Part shown: positions 12,581 through 24,041 of the stretch, piece by piece
How the letters are laid out: the number at the start of each line of letters is the position of its first letter
Numbering within the stretch: position 1 is the stretch's first letter
Source: Malacoraja senta
Lineage: Eukaryota
DNA length: 38,670 nt
Assembly (NCBI GenBank): GCA_038087875.1
Contig: JAXLNO010000042.1
Coordinates: 1 to 38,670, forward strand
Direction: 5' to 3'
The notes under the pieces: model-generated
What the model saw: only the letters and a program-made list of their open reading frames with translations
Database searches by the model: none
Told to the model about the DNA's origin: nothing
Made by a program: the position numbers and the translations under genes

Positions 12581-13079
12581 CATTTAAGCAATTGATTGAG
12601 CATGGTATCAGAGTGTGGCTCTAGGTAGCTGCATCATTTTAGCTGGTATGATTATATAAAATGAAAATAAATCATCAAACTTTTATGTAATCCAGATTAA
12701 TGTCCATGTTATACCAATTTGAATAATTAAGCAAACTACTCTTCAACTGGATATGTCTTGTGCCCAAAGTAAGTTATAAATGCAGACAATAAATATATAG
12801 GCTCCCTGAATTACAGAATACCAGATTTATGAAAATCATAACTTGTCATGATTTATGGAATTACACAAATCCTAAATTTATAAAGCATTTTTTTTTCAGC
12901 CAGGAAAGTTAGTTACAAAATTGCAACCATCTTCAGGAGTTCAGAATAGGGATAGCCTCATGTTAATTCAAAAGCCAACAAGTCTTCAACAAAAAAATGC
13001 GTATATGTATTTAAGAATGACAGCTGCCAACACACAGTGGGAGACCACTTACGAGATTTGTTACAATATCACGTTGTAT

Positions 13080-13790
13080 TTCAATGAGGGGATTGAAGGC
13101 TTTGTGGCAAAGTTTGGGGATGATATGAAACTAGGTGGAGGGGCAGGTAGTGTAGAGAAAGCAGGGACTCTGCAGAAGTACTTGGATAGATTGGGAAAGT
13201 GGGCAGTGAAGTGGCAAATGGAATATAGTGTAGCAAAGTGTGGAGTCATGCATTTTGGTAGTAGGAATAAAGGCGTAGATTATTTTCTAAATGGGGAGAG
13301 AATCCAGAAATTGGAGGTGCAAAGGCACTTGGGTGTGCTGGGGAAAGATTCCCAAAATGTTAATCTGCAAGTTGAATCAGTAGTAAGGAAAGCAAACGAA
13401 ATACTAGCTTTTATTTCAAGCGGGCTTGTATACCAAAACAGGGATGTAATGCTGAGGCTCTATAAGGCGCTGGTCAGGCCACATTTGGAATGTTGTGAGC
13501 AATTTTGGGCACCATCTCTGAGGAAAGATGTGCTGGCTGTGGAGAGGGTCCAGAGGAGGTTTACAAGAATGATCCCAGGAATGAGTAGGATAACATATGA
13601 TGAGCGTTTGATGGCACTGGGCCTATATTCACTGGAGTTTAGAAGAATGAGGGGGGACCTCATTGAAACGTACAGAATAGTGAAAGGCTTGGATAGAGTG
13701 GATGTGGAGAGGATGTTTCCACTAGTGGGAGAGTCTAGGACTAGAGGTCAAAGCCTCAGAATTAAAGGACGTTCTTTAATTCTGCTCCTA
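13080..13790 (+). mobile_element. CR1-clade LINE (same subfamily as 3025-3973) with internal 3' deletion
   Basis: ORF 12921-13934 segment EGIEGFVAKFGDDMKLGG...ESRTRGQSLRIKGRS; jumps straight to AATTCTGCTCCTA, with the remaining tail at 14561-14576. Confidence 0.9.
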
Positions 13791-14560
13791 TCTAAATGGT
13801 GGCCGATTAGGAAATGGGGAGATGCAGCGAGACCTGGGTGTCATGGTACACCAGTCATTGAAAGTAGGCATGCAGGTGCAGCAGGCAGTGAAGAAAGCGA
13901 ATGGTATGTTGGCCTTCATAGCAAGAGGATTTGAGTATAGGAGCAGTGAGGTTCTACTGCAGTTGTACAGGGTCTTGGTGAGACCACACCTGGAGTATTG
14001 CGTACAGTTTTGGTCTCCAAATCTGAGGAAGGACATTATAGCCATAGAGGGAGTGCAGAGAAGGTTCACCAGACTGATTCCTGGGATGTCAGGACTTTCA
14101 TATGAAGAAAGACTGGATAGACTTGGCTTATACTCGCTAGAATTTAGGAGATTGAGAGGGGATCTTATAGAAACGTACAAGATTCTTATGGGGTTGGACA
14201 GGCTAGATGCAGGAAGATTGTTCCCGATGTTGGGGAAGTCCAGGACAAGGGGTCACAGCTTAAGGATAAGGGGAAAATCCTTTAAGACCGAGATGAGGAA
14301 AAACTTTTTCACACAGAGAGTGGTGAATCTCTGGAACTCTCTGCCACAGAGGGTAGTTGAGGCCAGTTCATTGGCTATATTTAAGAGGGAATTAGATGTG
14401 GCCCTTGTGGCTAAAGGGATCAGGGGGTATGGAGAGAAGGCAGGTACGGGATACTGAGTTGGATGATCAGCCATGATCGTATTGAATGGCGGTGCAGGCT
14501 CGAAGGGCCGAATGGCCTACTCCTGCACCTAATTTCTATGTATCTATGTATCTATGTATC
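13789..14560 (+). mobile_element. Young CR1-clade LINE, 5'-truncated, nested in the tail of an older CR1
   Basis: ORF 13822-14457 is nearly identical to the 29270-31279 C-terminus; (TATCTATG)n tail; TATC at both ends. Confidence 0.95.
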
Positions 14561-14759
14561 ACTTATGATCTTATGATTGCTTTGAAAGCTGAGAAGGCAA
14601 ATCTGTTCTATTGACACTTGTAAAGATTTTTATCAAACAACGTAAAATCCATTGATACTTAAAGAGCATCAAAACTTACCAATGAATGTTGGACATTGTG
14701 ATAGTGTATCATTTTAAATTATACAGGGGAAGGCAGTAAATAAATGTTCATGTCAATCT

Positions 14760-14995
14760 ATGTGTAGAAAGGAAATGCAGACAAAATGTGCAGGAAGGAA
14801 CTGCAGATTCTGGTTTATACCAAATATATAATCAGGGATTCTGCCTATCCCGCTGAGTTACTCCAGCTTTTTGTGTCTATCCAAGGAAATGCGTACACTG
14901 GTTTGAAGAAGGGTCCTGGCCTGAAACATAACCCATCCTTTTTCTCCAGAGATGCTGCCTGACCCACTAAATTACTGCAGCACTTTGCGTCTAAC
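14760..14995. mobile_element. Cluster of Penelope-like terminal-repeat fragments in both orientations
   Basis: AGGAAGGAACTGCAGATTCTGG, then CCCGCTGAGTTACTCCAGC, then TTGAAGAAGGGTCCTGGCCTGAAAC...GATGCTGCCTGACCC. Confidence 0.7.
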
Positions 14996-15228
14996 TTCAT
15001 GTAAATCAACCCTAATTGAAATAGTTATATTCTGACATGGTAAAATTGGTTTGTGGACAGTTTTAAGAATTGAACCCTTTCAAAATCCAAGGACCCATCA
15101 TTTGATTCAAAAGAATAGCTTATCTGTTAATAGTACAAAATGTACCTGAATAATTTTAATATATTTTTGAGTAGTTATGCCTGTTGATATTTCTCTTCCA
15201 AGAAAATAATTTATTTTCTCCATTAAAG

Positions 15229-15488
15229 GTATAACAACAGTTCTAACCATGACAACACTGAGCATCAGTGCCCGACACTCCTTGCCAAAGGTTTCCTATG
15301 CAACAGCCATGGACTGGTTCATTGCAGTTTGCTTTGCCTTTGTGTTCTCTGCTCTGATCGAATTTGCTGCTGTCAACTACTTCACCAACCTACAAGCTGA
15401 GAAAGCCCAAAAAAGGGCAGGCAAGCCTTCAGGTCTATCTCCATCTTCCCTGATAAAAACAGTCTCTGTCGCAGAGAATGCTCTTCAG
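15229..15488 (+). CDS. GABRA4: GABA-A receptor alpha-4 subunit, penultimate coding exon (end of TM2, TM3, start of TM3-TM4 loop)
   Basis: (G)[53 protein letters not shown] is the alpha4/alpha6 signature. Acceptor ttttctccattaaAG at 15227-15228 (phase 1) and donor CAG|GTAATC at 15489 (phase 0). Confidence 0.93.
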
Positions 15489-15754
15489 GTAATCATTAGC
15501 TACTATAATAATGCATAATGGTGAAGACTGTGTTCATTTTTCAGCAATAATAATAACAATAATTTTCATACCGAGTCAAGCTTGCATGATGAAATGTTGT
15601 TGTTGCTTCATCTTGACAAACATCCTCCCAGTGAGCAGCTGATCAGTATGGTCAGGGAAGGGGCCAGATTTGCTATTCCGAGTCCCTGAATTTGGTACAT
15701 TTCTGAAGGTTTTTTGAATAGTATACAAAGGCATTTAGAAGTAATAATTTTACG

Positions 15755-15925
15755 AAAAGAAAACTGCTGGTGCAACTCAGCAGGTCAAGCAGCACCTGCG
15801 AAGGTAACAGGATGGTTGACTAGACTTTGCATGAGGATTAGTGGTGTCTCAAACCAAAACGTCAACCATCATTTTGCCTCCACATGTGTTGCTTGACTTG
15901 CTAACTTCTAGTTCTTCCAGCTGTT
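15755..15925. mobile_element. Degenerate inverted pair of Penelope-like terminal repeats
   Basis: TGCTGGTGCAACTCAGCAGGTCAAGCAGCA versus TGTTGCTTGACTTGCTAACTTCTAGTTCTTCCAGC, with AAAACGTCAACC between them. Confidence 0.55.
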
Positions 15926-15943
15926 TGTTCTTTGCTCGGGGTT

Positions 15944-16082
15944 CACACAAAACACACACACAAGCACGCACAAAACACACAAACACGTGTGCACACATTT
16001 ACACACACGCACACACACACAAAACACACACACGTACACACATATACATGCACGCACACATGTACACACACACACACATACA
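15944..16082. repeat. Degenerate (CA)n microsatellite
   Basis: CA-rich imperfect dinucleotide run. Confidence 0.9.
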
Positions 16083-16109
16083 TTTACCCATTCAGGGCAA
16101 AGCTTGAGC

Positions 16110-16420
16110 ATTTCAGTGGTGCAGCTGGTAGAGCTGCAGCCTCACAGCACCAGAGACCCGGCTCTGATCCTGACTTTGGGTGCTGTCTATGTGAAGTTTA
16201 CACACTGTGACTGCATGGGTTTCATCCGGGTTCTTCAAATTCCTCCCCCATCCCAAAGAGGGTTTGTAGTCTAATTGTAGTTTGTAGTCTAATTGGCCTC
16301 TGTAAAATTGCCCCGGATGTGAAAGTGAGATAACGTAGAAGTAGTGTGAATGGGCCGTCGATGGTCAACGTGGAGTTGGTGGGCCGAAGGGCCTATTTCC
16401 ATGTGGTATCTTTCAATCAA
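16110..16420 (+). mobile_element. tRNA-derived HE1/V-type SINE
   Basis: GTGGTGCAGCTGGTAGAGCTGCAGCCTCACAGCACCAGAGACCCGG head; 3' end GGGCCGAAGGGCCTATTTCC. Confidence 0.85.
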
Positions 16421-16700
16421 TCCCCTTAAACCTCTTCCCTCTCAAACCTATGCCCTCTAGTTTTGGATACTTTTACCATGGTAAAACAGATATTCCCTAT
16501 TTATTCAATTTTTACCTCGTAATTATATATGCATCTATCATGTCACCTCTCAGCCTTCTTTGTTTGAGTAAAATCTATCCTATCTAATCTTTTTATAACT
16601 CAAGCCCTCCAATCTAGGTGACTCTCTACTGCAATCTCTCTCGCTAATCACAGCAAGTCCACAGTTGGTAAATTAAAATGAATCACATAATCTTAGTCCC
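16421..16700 (-). mobile_element. Old CR1-clade LINE fragment
   Basis: CCCCTTAAACCTCTTCCCTCTCAAACCTATGCCCTCTAGTTTTGGA is the reverse complement of a CR1-type SKTRGHRF segment. Confidence 0.6.
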
Positions 16701-17159
16701 CCATTCCCAGAATTATTCATGTGAGCAAGAGGGTGAAGGAACATTTATGCAGTTTTGCACCATTCATTTCAATTGAATTCAGTTAAATTCTTCAATTGAA
16801 AGCTGTCTCACTGTCTTATGATTGAAAATGTTGAAAATGTAAAACTGACATCGACTCGCCATGTCCAACAAATGATCAGAAATCACCAGTAACTGAGGAA
16901 ACAATTCCAAAAGTGCAATTAACTGATTAGAAACACTGCAACCTTAGAAAAGCGGAAAGAACTGTGATAGTCAGCCTCGTGGAGATCAGTTGTCTTTACT
17001 TGGCATCTTTTTGCCCTTCTGAACATCTTCAAAACAAAAATCTCTTCTTCAAATCTACTGATGATTTCTGACCAATTTGACCAATTCTGGAGAGAAAACC
17101 TGAAAAGATTTTACGAAACAAGGTTGACAGTGATTGTTTTAAACCTGATATGGCAAGTC

Positions 17160-17295
17160 CTTTTCTTACCTCCAGTTCCCCCACCCCACCTACTTTCAGT
17201 CTGAAGAAGGGTCTTGACCCAAAATGTTACCCATCCATTTTCTCCAGAATTGTTGCCTGAACTGCTGAGTTACTCCAGCACTTTGTGTCTGTCTA
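17160..17295 (+). mobile_element. Penelope-like terminal repeat with CpG-decayed hammerhead motif
   Basis: AGT-CTGAAGA-AGGGTCTTGACCC-AAAAT-GTT, then GCTGAGTTACTCCAGCACTTTGTGTCT. Confidence 0.75.
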
Positions 17296-17797
17296 TGGCA
17301 AATCCATGTTGGTTTTGAATACTCAACATTGTCAGTCATAAAATAAGGTAGTAAGACAGACTTCAATTGCAGAATGGTGCAAAACTGGGAACATTTTTCA
17401 TATCTGGGTCTCAGTAATGCACTTTTGGAGCAATGTCATTGCACCTCCACCATGGGTCCGCAATGATAAAATTAGAATTACCGCATACATAGCATGGCAA
17501 TAGAAATGTGGAATACATCAATATGTGAAGGGAGAGATGCAACTTTGGATTTAAGTACTGATCAAGCTTGAGAACAATGGCTTCTGCGCATCCTCAACCA
17601 TTTGGTTCCATTGGATCAAAAATGATATGGTGAGAAAAATGCTGACCAATATTTGTACACAAGCAGATCCTCGATAATCAAAGATCACTACCTCACACAT
17701 TTCAAGCAAGAACCATTCTATAATCTCGCGATAGTGATCAGGAGTAGAGACTTTGGCCAGCTTAAATACCTTCTATTCGATGAGGTGAATTAGATCA

Positions 17798-18222
17798 GGG
17801 CTGCACAGTGGCGCAGTGGTAGCGTTGCTGCCTTAGTGCCAGAGACCCCGGTTCGATCCTGACTACGGGTGCTGTCTGTACGGAGTTTGTACGTTCTCTC
17901 TGTGACCTGCGTGGGTTTTCTCCCACACTCCAAAGATGTACGGGTTTGTAGGCTAAAGATACAAAGTTTGCTGGCGTAACTCAGCAGGACAGGCAGCATC
18001 TCTGGAGAGAAGGAATGGGTGACATTTCGGGTCGAGACCCTTCTTCAGACCTTCCTAGACAGGCTTTCTTCTACGTTGTGTTCCTTGCTTCACAGGTTTG
18101 TAGGCTTTTGGTAAAATAGTAAATTGGCCCTAGTGCGTTAGTGTGCGGGGATCGCTGGTCGGCATGGACTCAGTGGGATGAAAGGCCTGTTTCCGCACTG
18201 TATCTCTAAAGTAAACTAAAAA
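17798..18222 (+). mobile_element. tRNA-derived HE1/V-type SINE interrupted by a Penelope-like fragment (about 17955-18052, - strand)
   Basis: A box GTGGCGCAGTGG, B box GGTTCGATCC and the V-like domain; GGTTTGTAGGCT is repeated on both sides of the insert. Confidence 0.85.
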
Positions 18223-18759
18223 AAAGATCAGTGGTCGTATGGGTTGAACTTTGGAGAGTCATGATGTGTAAACTCCAGATAAATACCAAACAAATGTGCA
18301 CACAGTTGGCATTTTTTACATTTAAAATAATTTCCTTTCTCTAAATACAATCAGCCCACGAAATGATCTGGATGACAGATATTCAAAAGCAGTATTTGAT
18401 GAGCTATTCCCAACCATTTCTCTGGATAAACATCACTTTTCTACTTGGTTCCTGGATGAAATAGTCAGCTGGGGGTTGGAGTTATATGTTATGAAATGCC
18501 ACTGATCCACTGCAATAATTGCTAGGTAGTGAGTTTTGTTCCAAGGAACATTGCTATAAATAGGCCAGTATCCTTTATGGGATCTATGGGATTTTAATTC
18601 TTTTCTTCAAAGCATTGAAACAATGTGTTGGCGTATTTTTGTTCTCCAGAGATTGTGGCTGAGAAACCAGATCCTTCAAAATTTCTAATTAATTGTTTGG
18701 CCATTCCTAATGAACAACCAGCAATGGAGAACATTAAACCTATAAGTATTACTACTGCT

Positions 18760-19280
18760 GCAAACAAAGTGCTGGAGGAATCCAAGCAGTTTCGTGGAGG
18801 GAATGGGCAGGCGATGTTTCAGGTTTGGACCTTCTGAGGAAGGGTCCCAACCTGAAACATTGGTTTTCCATTCTCTCCACAGATGGAGTAACATGGTGGT
18901 GCAGCGGTAGAGTTGCTTTCTTACCGTGCCAGAGACCCAGGTTCAATCCTGACTACAGGTGCTGTCTGAATGGAGTTTGTACATTCTCCCCGTGACTACA
19001 TAGGTTTTCTCCAGGTGCTCTGGTTTCCACCCACACTCCAAAGACGTACAGGATTGTAGGTTAATTGGGTTTGGTAAACCTGTAAAAATTTGTCCCTCAT
19101 GTGTAGGATAATTCTAGTGATTGGGGAACACTGGTCAGCGCGGACTCGGTGGGCCAAATGGCCTGTTTCCACGCTGTATCACTGTATTACTAAACTAAAT
19201 TAAAAAGATGCTTCCTGATCCATTGAGTTCCTCCATCACTTTGTGTTTAGCATTTCTGGTATCTGCAGTTGCTTCTGCCT
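18760..19280. mobile_element. Inverted Penelope-like terminal-repeat pair interrupted by a SINE
   Basis: CAAAGTGCTGGAGGAATC (18766) versus GAGTTCCTCCATCACTTTG (19226); CTGAGGAAGGGTCCCAACCTGAAAC at 18834. Confidence 0.7.
18888..19205 (+). mobile_element. Full-length tRNA-derived HE1/V-type SINE
   Basis: GGTGGTGCAGCGGTAGAGTTGC head, GGTTCAATCC B box, GGAGTTTGTACATTCTCCCCGTG domain and CTAAACTAAA tail. Confidence 0.88.
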
Positions 19281-19402
19281 CTCAATATTATTACTACATT
19301 GTACACAAAATCAATTGCAAATAACCACAACCAATAATGCCAAAATTCTGTAACTTTTTACTTTCTGCTACTGAATTATTGTCTTTCTGTCTTCACCTAT
19401 AG

Positions 19403-19957
19403 CAACCTGATTCAAATGGCAATTTAAGGAAAAGAATGAACTTCTTGGCGCAATCAGACATTCTGAGCAGTAAGCGAGATTACCTGGGGAATGATAGCAT
19501 GAACATGAAACTGAAACCTACTATAATTGGACAGGTACCGCTGTCATGTATTCCACCTTCCTCTTCTATGCCAAGTCCCAGTATATTTAGAGCCACCCAT
19601 ACATCCCCTACCATACTTTCAATGAGAAGCACTCCACCACCACCTCCTTGTACCCCTACAATCGCTTCAATGAGACTAACTCCTGTTCATCGCCAATGTG
19701 GTGCAACACTTGAACAGAGCCTGCCTGCGTCAAGACTATTTGGATCAGCCCCAAAGCATTCTTCACCTACCACCACCACCCCCACCACTGTGGCTGCCCC
19801 AGCCCCTCCGCCAGCTTCAGCTGCAAGTGCTGGAACCAGCAAAATTGACAAGTACGCTCGTATACTTTTTCCGGTAACATTTGGTGCATTTAACATGGTT
19901 TATTGGGTGGTCTACCTCTCAAAAGACACCATGGAGAAAGCAGTAAATGACATGTAA
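19403..19957 (+). CDS. GABRA4: GABA-A receptor alpha-4 subunit, last coding exon (large intracellular loop, TM4, stop)
   Basis: Acceptor tctttctgtcttcacctatAG|CAA is in frame with the previous exon. Encodes [13 protein letters not shown]...[36 protein letters not shown], an alpha4-type C-terminus with the long loop of alpha4 rather than alpha6. TAA at 19955-19957. Confidence 0.93.
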   Translation, partial: QPDSNGNLRKRMNFLAQSDILSSKRDYLGNDSMNMKLKPTIIGQVPLSCIPPSSSMPSPSIFRATHTSPTILSMRSTPPPPPCTPTIASMRLTPVHRQCGATLEQSLPASRLFGSAPKHSSPTTTTPTTVAAPAPPPASAASAGTSKIDKYARILFPVTFGAFNMVYWVVYLSKDTMEKAVNDM

Positions 19958-20100
19958 TTTTACAGCTACAGAAAAAAGTTATTAACTGTTGGAAAAGCTC
20001 ATTATCCATAAAATAATGCAGGGGTTTCATTTAAGGCTCATTAGTCTGATGTATGAACAACAACATTCTCAGTACTGCTTAGTTTAAATGAACAGTGTTC

Positions 20101-20103
<3 letters not shown>

Positions 20104-20156
<53 letters not shown>

Positions 20157-20340
20157 TCCCTCTCCCTCTCCCTCTCCCTCTCCCTCTCCCTCTGTCTCTC
20201 CCTCTCCCTCTGTCTCTCTCTCTGTGTCTCTCTCTGTGTCTATGTCTGTCTCACGCACGCACGCACACAAGCACACACACGCACATAAGCACACACCGGC
20301 ACACAAACCCGCACACATATGCATTGACACAGACACTCAT
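20104..20340. repeat. Compound microsatellite (CT)n-(TCTCCC)n-(CA)-rich
   Basis: Direct inspection; it starts about 150 bp after the stop codon. Confidence 0.95.
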
Positions 20341-21257
20341 CATAAATGAGGACAGATTTGGGATCCAGTTTTAAACTTCTTCCCCAATATAATGATTTGC
20401 CTAAGTATCAAAAATTAGGCTGAATATAAGTACTTGACTATGATCACCAATGGCAGGAATGAGTGCAGCATGAAGAATAGAAGATCATCATCAGATGATT
20501 GAGACATATCTGCATTCAAGAAGCAAAATTGGAAATTTTGGAAATACACAACTAGTTCACTAGTCTCTACAGTAGAAATGCCAACTTAATATTACCATCA
20601 TACACCAGAGTCCTTCATCAGAAGTGAGCTCCTCATTTCTATTTTCATGCCTGGACTCAAGTGATATTAAAAGTGAGTTAATAATTTCTGAAACTTCTGC
20701 TCAACTGATTACATTTCCCATGTTTGTGAAACATATTTTTAATGCCTGATGGCCTTTTTTCTAGATCGTCCACAATATAACAAAGATAAGTAATTTACCT
20801 TTATTGGTATTTTTGTAACAACCCTCATTTTCAAATTATATTTTGTTTCAAGATTTATTGGGAAACACCAAGAAAACTTTAATGAATGGGTGTGTTTCTA
20901 ATGGTCGCAAAAGTGCCTGCGGAGTCTCAATGGAAATGCAATAGAGCTAAAATAAGATGTATTCAGTGATAACAAACCAATGTTCACCTAGCACCAGATA
21001 ATAGACACAAGCTTCAAGCAAGTAACAAATGTAGAAACCGTCAAACCACAAGAACAAGACAAAACGTTCAATACCTACATGATCTGAACCCCTAATGCTT
21101 CCATCCCATGAATCCAAGCTGCACCAAAATGCCACATGAAAGCAGTAATATTTTTCCACAGCTGAATCCGCACTTCTCTTCGTGGATTGAGAATGTTAAC
21201 AAAATCAATATAGGATGAAGAGGGGATGGCAATAAAAAAATATAAAGCAGATAACCT

Positions 21258-21420
21258 GAACTAAAACACAGAAAATGCTGGAAAGTCTGAGCAGGTCAGG
21301 CAGCATCTGCGGAAAGAGAGAGAGTCCATGTGTCAGGTCAGCAATTCTTCATTATAGCTGGGAAAGAGAGATGCAAGTTAGTTTACAGTAGGGGAGAAGG
21401 TGTGGGAAGGATGTCTATGA
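21258..21420 (-). mobile_element. Old Penelope-like terminal-repeat fragment
   Basis: ACAGAAAATGCTGGAAAGTCTGAGCAGGTCAGGCAGCATCTGCGGAAAGAG matches the recurring repeat. Confidence 0.6.
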
Positions 21421-24041
21421 TAGAATGAGTTGAATTAGCTCAATGGGTGCACCGTGATTTCTTTTGGAAACTGGCTGCGGAAATTATGAGTTTTCAAAAA
21501 TAATTTTGATCCTATTTTGTGGAACCAGGAGGAGAAACCAAAATGTCCAGTTTTGCTTGAGATGTTTCCATGTGGTTTGTATTCTCTAGTTCCACAATTA
21601 CATTTATTTCCCAGAAGTTATATTTGCCTCTATTAATTAGATTTTTATAAAAAATATATAGATATAAATAGGTGTTTGTGCTTTACATTCATGTCAGTAT
21701 TTCCTTTAAAGTTATGAAAATCAGAAAGAAATCACACTCATTTTTTTTCCTTGTGCCTTTCAGAATGTTAAGGATCTAAGTCATTTTTTTCTCTCCTGAT
21801 CGTTCTCTCAAATGAGAACAGGTTTGCTTTTCTTTGCAATCTCCTAAGTACCAGAATCATGCTTCCCTTCTGTATAATGCATAAATACTTTTTTGAATAT
21901 AGGGTGCCATAACATCATCTATTTCCAAACGTAGATTTACCAAAGAAGAGCAGGTTTACCTGTTTTGACCCACATCACAGTATCAAATTAACACCATAAA
22001 TGAAAACTTTTTTTGATTGATAGTCACATCCAAACTGTACTTTTTTTTAACTGACAATATGGATTGGATGTCCTTTTCTAATAATGATAAAAATTGAGTT
22101 GGTGTGTGCCATTTACTTGCTTACACCAGCAGCTCGGAGGGATGGTCATGGTAATTTCTTTGGCAGTAGAATTGGCTATTTGGAAAAATTGCCCAGAGAA
22201 TTATTTTTACTAAGATTCTGCAGGATCAGAGTATTTATTGAAATAAAAGATCTAACCATTGGGTTATAAATTGAATGTTGCTGCACTCATTATCTGTTTA
22301 TAAAACAGGTGATACAAAGCACAGCTCGGAGGACCATATCTTTGAAGCTGGCAGAAGCCTGAAAAACTTTCCACCCAATACTTTTGGCTCTTTGTTTTGC
22401 TATTTACAAACAATCAATTAAGACAGGTTCCAGGCTCGCTGCAGATGTAAATTGTTAACCTTGTTTCAGATCCTTTTTTGAAATCGGTCTGAGTGACTGA
22501 CTGGGCATATCCTACGCTGAACCTTCAGTAGTTGTGGAGTGAGCAATAATTGCTAATGAAAGGAGTGGTTGTGCAATATGGTCACATCAACATCTCACTC
22601 ATTTCTACCCCATTGAGCCCGTAGCATTTCCAGATTAAAATAAGAAACATAGTTATTTTCATTTATTTTTTCTCCTAACAATATCCATTTCAAACCCCTA
22701 TGATGTTGTTTGGTGTAATAACCTTTAGTAGTGATTTTATAAACATTATTATCATTGGTGTGAAAATAGCTTGTTTGCTCTACTTTCATTTGTTGAGCAA
22801 TTTTCTCCTCTTCCTTCTCTTCCTCTTTTAGTTAGGCCAGAGCTAATTAAGCAGTGGATGTTATTTGATAGGTAACTGAAAAGAAAACTGATACAACAAG
22901 TGGCTGAATTTCCACATATTTTCTTTTCAATCCTCAACCACATCATGGAAAATTATAAAAACCAAGAAAGCTGATGTGAACATCTTTTGCACATTTGCCC
23001 TAATTTTCAAGAGCTTTCCCGCTGAATTTGTGGCAAAAGCATAGTCATTTGTGACAAGGCATTTTGTTTTTTCTCTATAATACCAATTACATAGGATTAT
23101 TGTTACTAGTTCCCTTCCTACTTTTATAACAGTCTGCATCCTCACCTTAATACTTTTTTGATATATATAATTCTGAACTTTGATACCTTGAGATATCATC
23201 TTACCTGGCATGGTGCATTTTGTGGATTTCATGCATCATATGTTCATCAACTTGAGGCCAGAAAATTTTCCAGATTTAGGGATCGATTCATGTGACATGC
23301 ATTAGAGATATGATCCAAACCGTAAAGTGTAAGTGGTGTGCTATACTCCCTTGATTGGATTGTCCATATTTTATCCCTCTCTTTGTCTCCTTTGACATGA
23401 TGACTTCAACTTTGCTGCAGTTTTAAAGCATTTGGATATTGATTCATTCACCCTGAACTGCAGAACTTTGTGTGTTAGGGATTTGATTAAACTTGCTCCC
23501 ACTTTCTATATTGTACCTGTTTAATAACCATTGTATTGTCTTGTCAATAGTCATTTCCTCACCTAACATTTATTTTTAACAGATGCTTCGGATTTTTCAG
23601 CCTCATCTCTTGATATGTATGTTTTTGAAGTCTGCTCATCATGTCGGCTCATTACAATGAATTTAACTTGTTTTTCACTTTGTATCTTATTCTTTACTTG
23701 TGCTTAATTAGTGATGCACTTCATTTTCTTGAATATTGTTTATTTTTATTTATAATCAGCAGCATTTTTAAAATCACGATCTTTCCTTTCACCGTTCAAG
23801 CACTCATTTGACCATACATTTCTATCAGCATTTCGTACATTGTTTAAGATGTCTGGCATAGTATCATAGTTCCTAAATTTGAATAGGTTTTCAATAAGCA
23901 TGTTGTACATCTGTCCTATAAAATTACCATTCCAAACCAAAGAGAGCAGCTACTGAAATAATTGCTAAACTTAAAAGATAAGATTTAGCAGTAAATTCTA
24001 ATTTCACTTACCATTTATTTGTACATTGTTTCTATGTAAAT

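Noticed and set aside
12921..13934. 337-aa ORF as a novel chimeric protein
   Set aside because: Chance read-through of intron sequence, an older CR1 and an out-of-frame young CR1.
15321..15323. Possible GABRA3-type Ile-to-Met A-to-I editing site in TM3 (WFIAVC)
   Set aside because: The codon is ATT, not ATA, so editing cannot give Met.
17798..17870. tRNA genes at SINE heads (also near 8370-8446, 16110 and 18890)
   Set aside because: They have A and B boxes but continue into the SINE body and tail; no complete cloverleaf seen.
15229..19957. Assignment as GABRA6
   Set aside because: The TM3 exon fits both alpha4 and alpha6, but [22 protein letters not shown] and the long loop match alpha4.
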